From the NCBI RefSeq assembly GCF_006345805.1, contig NW_021827397.1:1-10510 (forward strand): a stretch of DNA of 10,510 nt, written 5' to 3'. This stretch comes from Octopus sinensis. Lineage: Eukaryota. Shown here one piece after another: positions 1 through 6,556 of this stretch; position 1 is the stretch's first letter, and the number at the start of each line of letters is the position of its first letter. Under the pieces are notes generated by a model that saw nothing but the letters and a program-made list of their open reading frames with translations, was not told the origin of the DNA and ran no database searches. The translations under genes were made by a program, and so were the position numbers.

Positions 1-78
1 TTGGTCTTGTTAACCGTTAAGGTAAACTATGTAATTAAACACAGACACACGCATAAATATACTTACACCGGAACATTC

Positions 79-99
79 AGAGAGAGAGAGAGAGAGAGA
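79..99. repeat. (AG)n microsatellite
   Basis: (AG)10 read directly. Confidence 0.95.
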
Positions 100-113
100 T
101 TGATGATCGTTGC

Positions 114-167
114 TGACGTGGTAAAATGACGTCAGATCATCGGCGTCTAAATAATCTGCTGACGTCA
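114..167. promoter_or_regulatory. Cluster of CRE/ATF-type bZIP motifs
   Basis: TGACGTGG at 114-121 and two perfect palindromic TGACGTCA at 127-134 and 160-167. Function is inferred from motifs only. Confidence 0.4.
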
Positions 168-315
168 TCTTGAATGTGTCCTGCGTTGTTTTCACAAAGA
201 CATTTGAAAGAAGACTTTCTCAGATAAACCTTACATTTGTACACTACATTCCTACATTAGAAACGATATTCATACAAACATGTAGATAGATAGATTATGT
301 GACATATGTGTTTCA

Positions 316-352
316 ATATATATACATATGTATAGATATATATATATATATA

Positions 353-421
<69 letters not shown>

Positions 422-433
422 TATATCTATATT

Positions 434-505
<72 letters not shown>
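316..505. repeat. Long imperfect (TA)n microsatellite
   Basis: About 190 bp of alternating TA with a few interruptions. Confidence 0.95.
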
Positions 506-593
506 AGTCTCGTTTCTCTGTTTGTGTTTCGTGTTCGAAAAAAAGTTTCGTTTTCTATGTTTCGTTTCTCATGTGTCGTTTTTTTTGATGTCC

Positions 594-726
594 TGTATGC
601 ATATATGCATGTATATATACATATATATGTAGCTATGTACATATATGTATGTATATATGCATATATTTATATATTATTTATATTATTATATGATCGAACG
701 CCACGCATAATTTTCCAAGTAAGTTT

Positions 727-762
<36 letters not shown>

Positions 763-841
763 GAGAGAGAGGGTGACAGAGAGGGAAAGAGAGTGGATAG
801 ATCGATAGATAAATGGACAGATTGATAGATAGAGAGAGAGA
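594..841. repeat. Compound simple repeats (TA/TG-CA mix, (TA)n 731-758, GA/GATA-rich 760-841)
   Basis: Read directly; broken by a short unique stretch at about 691-730. Confidence 0.85.
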
Positions 842-1075
842 TAACCGAGTGAAAGTGTGACAAGGGAATGAACAGAGAAATATGGAATTTGAAATTTAAA
901 AAAAAACGCTAAAGGAAGGTGAGTTTCTCGCCACAGTTAATGCTCAAATTTGTTTATCTTCCACAACTTGCTTCTGGAATCATCCGTCATCACAACATAA
1001 TCTGTGCTCAGTGAAGATTCGTGAAAGCCGTTATACAAACGTAGAATTACCTATGTGCTACAATAGACAGGTACG

Positions 1076-1082
1076 CATATGA

Positions 1083-1114
<32 letters not shown>

Positions 1115-1192
1115 GAATGTATATGTATATATTTATGAATATGTATATGTATGTGTCTGTGTGTGAGTGTGTATGTATTTATGTATGTATAA
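1076..1192. repeat. Compound (TA)n/(TATG)n/(TG)n microsatellite
   Basis: Read directly. Confidence 0.9.
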
Positions 1193-1454
1193 TCTTTCGT
1201 GTGTATATCCGACGATATCAGATTTGCTTCTTTCCGATAATATCTGGTATTCATAAAACGCTATCCGCTCGTCAGATATTGCTTCTGTAAGATATTTCAT
1301 TTCATTATATTTCATATTAACCATCTTCATCATTCTTATTTCCTCAAACATCGTTCCATTCTCTATAGGAATATCCGAGTTCCAGGAAAATGTATCCACA
1401 CGTAAACAGGTGGTGTTATTAAATAAAGTAATATTTATTAAATTTACTATCTAA

Positions 1455-1490
1455 ATATATACACAATATGTATAATATAATATATAATAG

Positions 1491-1521
<31 letters not shown>

Positions 1522-1524
1522 CTA

Positions 1525-1564
<40 letters not shown>

Positions 1565-1693
1565 TGTCTGTATATGTATATATTTATATATATATATATA
1601 TATATATTAGTATAATATATATATATATATATAATTGTGTCTTTATATATGTGTTGTGTGAGGGCTGTATATGATATATATATAATATATATC
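1455..1693. repeat. Imperfect (TA)n microsatellite
   Basis: Read directly. Confidence 0.9.
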
Positions 1694-1875
1694 TACTTGT
1701 GTGTATTATATACACTCGTCGTAGTTTTTATAATGGAATCATAGCAGTTATTGTGTATTCGCTTCTAAATAATGAGACTTTTCAGTTACTCAACGTGCAT
1801 CGTATGTTCATTATTCATATTTGCATAGATGAATACGTACAAAGACTTAATATATGCATATATATATATATATAT

Positions 1876-2100
1876 TACGGAGATATACTTGCATAGCAAG
1901 CGACATGATCTGAGATTGTTTTGCTGGAACGAAAGCAATTGCGGCGTGGAAGGTGTTTATAAGCCATTTACGAAATACACAAAAACCGTAAGATTCACTT
2001 CAACATTTAAATTTGATTTGTCAAAATATTCTCATCGGTTTGTGACCGCGACCTGTTCACTGACAAAATTCCGTGTTGCATCTGAGAAAATAACAGTTAG
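1876..2100 (-). mobile_element. Putative Penelope-like element terminal (pLTR) fragment
   Basis: A ~225 bp unique block between microsatellites that carries a hammerhead-type architecture on the minus strand followed by an AT-rich tail. It resembles a dispersed octopus repeat I recall. The PLE assignment is inferred from the ribozyme architecture. Confidence 0.45.
2017..2067 (-). ncRNA. Type I hammerhead-like motif with G3-C8 variant core (this copy has GAGA in place of GAAA)
   Basis: Minus strand: 7-bp stem I (UUUGUCA/UGACAAA), core GUGAACA plus an extra G, 4-bp stem II (GUCG/CGAU), GAGA, palindromic stem III AAUAUU, H17=U. Confidence 0.45.
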
Positions 2101-2105
2101 GTCAT

Positions 2106-2268
2106 GATATATATGTACATATATACATACATACATACATACATACATACATACATACACACTCACACACATACACACATATGTATATATTTATATATGT
2201 ATGTATGTATGTATGTATGTAGTATGTATGTATGTTTGTATGTGTGTATGTATTTATGTATGTGTGTT
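2106..2268. repeat. (TACA)n/(CA)n followed by (TATG)n compound microsatellite
   Basis: Read directly; the two halves are reverse complements of each other. Confidence 0.9.
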
Positions 2269-2527
2269 TCTATAAGAAAGAAAGTTAAGGCTTGGCCGAA
2301 TACCGGTCACGTGGGGAGAGAAGAGAGAGATGGCCTGACCTTTCTTTCTTGGTTCGGCTGCTGTTCGTGCAACATCTAAGTTCCTCCCTGTGTCAATGAA
2401 ATCTTGTTTCCCTGCCGTACTGCTTTACTTCCGTTGGAATCGATCTCGTGGATTCTGTCCTCCCTTCACAGATATAGTATCTGGACATATATTATGGTTT
2501 AAATTTTAATGTTGAATTGTGGAAGAA

Positions 2528-2734
2528 AGCGCCGGTGTGGTACAATCGTTAGTATAGTGGGCAAAATACTTAGCGGTATTTTGAACTTTCTGCGTTGAAA
2601 TTCTGCTGAGGTCAGTTTTGCATTTCATAACTTCGGAGTCGATAAAATCAGTACAATTTGATCACTGGGATCGGTGTATTTGACCAGCCCTCCTCAAAAT
2701 CTGCTGGCATTGTACAAAAATTTGAAACCCAGTA
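2528..2734 (+). mobile_element. tRNA-derived SINE, family 1, monomer 1 (diverged)
   Basis: Head TGTGGTACAATCGTTAG, body motifs GAGGTC..TTTTGCATTTCAT..GGAGTCGATAAAATCAGTAC, tail CCCTCCTCAAAATCTGCTGGCATTGT..TTTGAAACC. Aligns by eye to the other copies at 2751-3893. Confidence 0.75.
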
Positions 2735-2750
2735 TTGAATTGTGGAAGAA

Positions 2751-2902
2751 GGAACCGATTTAGCTAACAGTATATCTTAGCGAGGAGGACGAATATTTAG
2801 CAGCATTTTTTCCTCTCTTCATGTTCTGAGATCAAACTCCACCGAAGTCGACTTTGCCACTTATTCATTCGGTGTCGATACAAGAAGTACCATTTTAATC
2901 CT
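2751..2902 (+). mobile_element. SINE family 1, monomer 2 (3' truncated)
   Basis: TTCTGAGATCAAACTCCACCGAAGTCGACTTTGCC..TTCGGTGTCGATACAAGAAGTACC matches the B-box and central region of the other copies. Confidence 0.7.
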
Positions 2903-3083
2903 GAGAAGATGGCCAGTTGGCAGACCCATTGTTACGTCTCAAATTCTTTACGATCTTAATTTTTCATTTCATTTTTTCGGGATTCATGAAATGAATCCTA
3001 AATCAAGTACTAGTATAGGTGTAATTAACTAACAACCGTCTCCTCAAAATTGCTGGCATTGTGCCAAAATTAGGAAGAATATT
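2903..3083 (+). mobile_element. SINE family 1, monomer 3 (internally deleted/diverged)
   Basis: Head-like AAGATGGCCAGTTGGCAGA and a well-preserved tail CTCCTCAAAATTGCTGGCATTGTGCCAAAATT..AATATT. Confidence 0.6.
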
Positions 3084-3097
3084 AAATTGCAGAGGAG

Positions 3098-3305
3098 GGG
3101 AGACATTTCACTTGCAGATTGGAATTCAAAAAAATATGTCCGTTCACATTCTGCTTTCAACTAACTTTGAGATCGATATTCATATTCCTCCTACCATCAT
3201 CAATAAAATGAAGAGCAGTCAAGTATTCAGTGCGATATAATCGATAACTTTATTCTCCAAGAATTTGAAAGCAAAATTTCACCAATTTTGCACCATTTTG
3301 ATCAA
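3098..3305 (+). mobile_element. SINE family 1, monomer 4 (highly diverged)
   Basis: GTCCGTTCACATTCTG..TTCAA..GAGATCGA, TCAATAAAATGAAG..CAGT and CGATATAATCGAT occur in the same order as in the other copies. Confidence 0.5.
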
Positions 3306-3442
3306 ACCGTAGCTATGCTAAAAGCACTTCCCAGAGAAACACACACCGTACTCGATCTGTATCACCCCACGTCATATAATATTTTATAGGTGAAATTATG
3401 AAATAAAATACATTTAATGTGCAACATCAAAGGGGAGCTGTA

Positions 3443-3658
3443 AGGCGATGAGGCAGCAGAATCGTTTGCACGTCGGGTAAGAAATGCTGTCAGTCCATTT
3501 TTAAGTTCGGAGTTCAAATCTCACCGAGGCCGACTTTAACTTTCATCTTTTCAAGATCAATATATTAAGTACCAGTTGAATAATAGGGTCGATGTAGTAA
3601 TCGAATCCCCCATTTCACCCGTAATGGCTGGTCCTGCGCCAAATTTTGAAATCAATAT
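3443..3658 (+). mobile_element. SINE family 1, monomer 5 (near full length)
   Basis: A-box-like CAGCAGAATCGTT, B box GAGTTCAAATC at 3510-3520, central CTTTCATCTTTTCAAGATCAATATATTAAGTACCAGTTG..GGGTCGATGTA, tail GCGCCAAATTTTGAAATCAATAT. Confidence 0.8.
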
Positions 3659-3673
3659 ATAAGGGGAACTACA

Positions 3674-3893
3674 AAGCGGCAAGGTGGCAGAGTCGTTAGC
3701 AGGCTGGACAAAATATTTAGAGCCATTTCTTCAGCATTTACATTCTGAGTTCAAATACCGCTGAGATCGATTTTGCGTTTGATCTTTTGGGCTTCAATAA
3801 AATAAGTACCTGTTGAGAATTGGGATCGATGTAATCGATCTATCGGCTTCCCGTTTATTTCTGGCCTTGGGCTAAAATTTGAATCGAATATTA
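3674..3893 (+). mobile_element. SINE family 1, monomer 6 (near full length)
   Basis: A box TGGCAGAGTCGTT at 3685-3697, B box GAGTTCAAATAC at 3747-3758, AATAAAATAAGTACCTGTTGAG..GGGATCGATGTAATCGA, tail CTGGCCTTGGGCTAAAATTTGAA. Confidence 0.8.
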
Positions 3894-3935
3894 TTCAAAG
3901 GAACTAAAGGCCAAAAACTTTTCAAGGCGAATTTC

Positions 3936-3938
<3 letters not shown>

Positions 3939-3976
<38 letters not shown>
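3939..3976. repeat. (AT)19 microsatellite
   Basis: Read directly; forms the tail of the adjacent minus-strand SINE. Confidence 0.95.
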
Positions 3977-3978
<2 letters not shown>

Positions 3979-3979
<1 letters not shown>

Positions 3980-4123
3980 ATGGAATTCTTTCAGTTTCCC
4001 TCTACCAATCCACTCAGAAGGCTTTGGTTGGCCTGAGGCTATAGTAGAAGACACATGCTCAAGGTACTACGCAGTGGGACTGAACCCGCAACCATGTGGT
4101 TGGTAAGCCACCTACTTACCACA
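3979..4123 (-). mobile_element. tRNA-derived SINE, family 2 (CORE-like), slightly 5' truncated
   Basis: Minus strand TGTGGTAAGTAGG..CACATGGTTGCGGGTTCAGTCCC (B box), then CCTTGAGCATGTGTCTTCTACTATAGCC. Clearly homologous to 4147-4310 and 9517-9681. Confidence 0.85.
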
Positions 4124-4146
4124 ATATATATATATATATATATATA

Positions 4147-4310
4147 TGACGGGCTTGTTTCAGTTTCCATCTACCATATCCACTCATAAGAGTTTGGTTG
4201 GCCCGAGGCCATAGTAGAAGGCACTTTCCCAAGCTGTCATGTAATGGGACCGAACCGGTAACCATGTGGCTGGTAAGCAAGCTACTTACTACACAGTCAC
4301 GCCTGCGCCT
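4147..4310 (-). mobile_element. tRNA-derived SINE, family 2, full head and body
   Basis: Minus strand begins AGGCGCAGGCGTGACTGTGTAGTAAGTAGC, has B box GGTTCGGTCCC, and ends GAAACTGAAACAAGCCCGTC before (TA)n. TA repeats on both sides. Confidence 0.85.
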
Positions 4311-4731
4311 ATATATATATCTTTATTTCTGGAAATAAAATTTACCGACACCTCACTAATTTTCTTCAGATGAATAGAGTAAAATCACTTCTATATCGCT
4401 TGTGGAAATCGTTGCATGTCTCCCTCGTATAATTCCCTGCCTTTCGAAATAAGAAAATGTCTCACATTTAGATAATGCACCCTTTAACAACCACACCCGC
4501 TGAAGTGAAGGAATAAGAATAGCACAAACAGGTTTGCTTAGCTATGCATAGGCTTGGGGCTAAACAATAACAAATTATTATAGAATAAACACCACAGAGA
4601 GAATGTGGGGTTAAAATACGATCGAAATACAAGCCTGATAAGCTGCGCTTCATTTTGAAGAAGCCAAGTAAGAGCATAACAAAACTATAACAGAAGAAAT
4701 GTAATGTTCAGCTTGATCCAGTAATCTGATT

Positions 4732-4830
4732 ACCGAACGGCAAAACTATAAGGAGGTAAAGAAACACACACCGGTTATCAGGAGGTGTTTAGGAGGTAAC
4801 AAACACAAACACAAAAATACACACACAGAG
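4732..4830 (-). mobile_element. Diverged fragment of the SINE second module seen at 9294-9480
   Basis: CCGAACGGCAAAACTATAAGGAGGTAAAGAAACACACACCGGTTATCAGG...ACAAACACA is loosely colinear with CCGAACCTCTAAGTTACGGGGACGTAGACACACCAGCATCGGTTGTCAAACACAGACAC at 9421-9480. Confidence 0.4.
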
Positions 4831-4924
4831 ACACAGACACAGGTACACATACACACACACACAAACACAAAAATGCACAGATGTAGCACTGTTAATTCAG
4901 ACACGTTTTATTTTCACGCCATAT

Positions 4925-5060
4925 TTTCTTTCCTCATTCCTATCATTAGAAGGACGTAGGTTCGAAACGTCAAAGATTTCTTCCAACTTAGCTAAGCACC
5001 AAAACTAATATACACATTTATTCCTCTTTCATCTGCACCTCTTTTGTATAAATTTTGTAA
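4925..5060 (+). mobile_element. Possible degenerate Penelope-like terminal fragment
   Basis: Stem II hairpin GGAC-GTAG-GTTC (4952-4963), then GAAA, palindromic ACGT and GTC (4969-4971). The CUGANGA half of the core is decayed. Confidence 0.35.
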
Positions 5061-5087
5061 ATCTAGTAACCACTCAAACGCACACAA

Positions 5088-5094
<7 letters not shown>

Positions 5095-5160
<66 letters not shown>
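5095..5160. repeat. (CA)33 microsatellite
   Basis: Read directly. Confidence 0.95.
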
Positions 5161-5162
<2 letters not shown>

Positions 5163-5163
<1 letters not shown>

Positions 5164-5455
5164 GGGTTAATGGTTAAGAAATTCGTTCCATGATCATAAG
5201 TTCGTGAATTCGATACATGTCAGCGCAATTGGTCTTTGAGCAAGACACCTTATTTCAAGTTGCTCCATTTAACTTAGATTCCGTAAATGAATCGTACCTG
5301 CAATTAAAAGGGAAAGCGTCCTCACATTCTGTGTCCCGCGGTATATCCTTGCGAATTTCTGCGGAGTTACGCACCCCTGGAGACTACTCAACATTTTACA
5401 TACTAATTTAGCGAGCAGTTTATTCCGTTGATCTGATTGATCGGGAAACACATCA
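5163..5455 (+). mobile_element. tRNA-derived SINE, family 3 (diverged)
   Basis: A-box-like TGGGTTAATGGTTAAG, B-box-like GAATTCGATAC, then CTTTGAGCAAGACACCTTATTTCAAGTTGCTCC (core-domain-like) and tail GAGCAGTTTATTCCGTTGATCTGAT. Resembles an octopus SINE I recall. Confidence 0.6.
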
Positions 5456-5470
5456 TTAAAACAAATGGTT

Positions 5471-5474
<4 letters not shown>

Positions 5475-5510
<36 letters not shown>
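5475..5510. repeat. (TG)18 microsatellite
   Basis: Read directly; merges into the 5' LTR start. Confidence 0.95.
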
Positions 5511-5511
<1 letters not shown>

Positions 5512-5655
5512 CGGATACCCCCAAGTGAGAAGTGGGCACGTCCACTACTGATAAATAGTGGACAGACGCAGCAAGCAGTGTCAGTCAGTGAGGTACGCTG
5601 TTCGGGCCAATCACTCAGACGACGAAACACGTCGTCATAAAGCAGGACATATCAG

Positions 5656-5668
5656 TAACGACGAGGAT
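5656..5668 (+). other. Primer-binding-site remnant, tRNA-Ser(GCU) type
   Basis: TAACGACGAGGAT lies 1 nt after the LTR-terminal CA. The reverse complement of the conserved metazoan tRNA-Ser(GCU) 3' end is TGGCGACGAGGAT, giving 11/13 identity with 10 contiguous matches. Confidence 0.7.
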
Positions 5669-5707
5669 TCGTACAAACGCAGGGAAAAATTAAATCCTGT
5701 TGAAGAA

Positions 5708-5835
5708 AGAACTGAACTACACACAGTGAAAAAAATATAAAATCTATTGGGAAAAGATTCTGAAGGAAACATGTCTGGTAACACTGAAACTCTAACACAG
5801 AACTGAACTATATACAGTGAAAAATAATATAAATC
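5708..5835 (+). repeat. Internal direct repeat B (~37 bp x2, period 91)
   Basis: AGAACTGAACTACACACAGTGAAAAA at 5708 versus AGAACTGAACTATATACAGTGAAAAA at 5799. Confidence 0.85.
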
Positions 5836-5853
5836 CGTTAGAAGGATTTTAGT

Positions 5854-6073
5854 CAGGGCGCTATGTCTTAGTAGCGCTACCGGTAAACAATGTAGACTGG
5901 TACCACCTGCGGCATTCTGAAGCGAAAAACAATGTTGTGTGGAAAAAAAATCTGTGTGAACTATTTAAGACAGGGCGCAATGTGTTTGTAGCGCTACCGG
6001 TAAACAATGTAGACTGGTACCACCTGCGGCATTCTGAAGCGAAAATCATAATGTTGTGGGAAAGAAAAAATCT
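5854..6073 (+). repeat. Internal tandem repeat C (~100 bp x2, period 117)
   Basis: 58 bp identical between 5871-5928 and 5988-6045, with similar flanks. Confidence 0.95.
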
Positions 6074-6074
6074 C

Positions 6075-6086
6075 AAAGGTGGGAGG
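6075..6086 (+). other. Polypurine tract
   Basis: AAAGGTGGGAGG immediately before TGTTGT, the start of the 3' LTR. Confidence 0.7.
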
Positions 6087-6372
6087 TGTTGTAGTGGACA
6101 TCCCTAAGTGAGAAGTGGGCAGGCTCACTAAAGCTGAATAGTGGACAGACACAGCAAGCAGTGTATGTCAGCAAGGTACGCTGTTCGGGCCGGTCACGCA
6201 GACGACGAAATACGCTGTCATAATGCGGGACATATGAGTGTGTGTGTATAAAGGAATTGTTTTTGGTATGTATGTATACATAACATCACGAGACACACGT
6301 ATGAATTCTTAACAAGAGAAAATCTGACCACAAATATACATTTAGCATTGTAAAATGTGTGTGTGTGTGTAC

Positions 6373-6497
6373 TATGGGTCTCCTTCGGTTTTCGTCAACC
6401 AAATTCTTACATAAAGGCATTGGCGGACCCGGAACTATGGCAGAAAACACTTGCCCGACGTGCCTGTCACCGGTACTGGACCCCAAACCACGTGATT
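6373..6497 (-). mobile_element. Old diverged copy of SINE family 2
   Basis: TTCGGTTTTCGTCAACCAAATT..AAGGCATTGGCGGACCCGG..CTATGGCAGAAAACACTTGCCC..GTGCC is colinear with 9517-9650. Confidence 0.65.
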
Positions 6498-6556
6498 TCG
6501 TGATAAAGGCATCCAAGTACGTCCTTTAACACATTTTCCAAAAAACAAGTATTCCT

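Larger units (their letters stand above)
5505..6237 (+). mobile_element. Non-autonomous LTR retroelement (TRIM-like, probably Ty3/Gypsy-dependent)
   Basis: 148-bp ungapped direct repeats at 5507-5654 and 6090-6237 (122/148 identical by hand count). They start TGT and the 5' copy ends CA. PBS remnant at 5656-5668, PPT at 6075-6086, GT repeats on both flanks, no coding capacity. Confidence 0.8.

Noticed and set aside
506-590. Degenerate (GTTTC)n / CGAAAC-rich stretch
   Set aside because: Low-complexity sequence with no hammerhead core or stems nearby.
1133-1399. 88-aa minus-strand ORF with protein-like composition in its first 65 residues
   Set aside because: No recognisable family, it runs into a microsatellite, and there is no convincing splice context. 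Chance ORFs of this size are expected.
4354-4432. CACTAAT..TTTCTTCAG acceptor followed by a 20-codon ORF (MNRVKSLLYRLWKSLHVSLV)
   Set aside because: The branch-like motif is only about 10 nt from the AG, the peptide is unrecognisable, and there is no other support.
3443-5230. A/B boxes read as tRNA genes
   Set aside because: No complete cloverleaf, and each continues into a shared SINE body. These are tRNA-derived SINE heads.
5861-6076. ORF with internal repeat FASECRRWYQSTLFTGSAT, and a CRISPR-like repeat-spacer look
   Set aside because: It simply reflects the 117-bp internal duplication of the LTR element. Two long units in eukaryotic DNA with no cas genes are not a CRISPR array.
5507-6237. 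Retrozyme interpretation (hammerheads in both direct repeats, suggested by CGAAAC..GTC)
   Set aside because: No NUGANNA core or compatible stems on either strand of the LTRs. The PBS and PPT fit an LTR element better.
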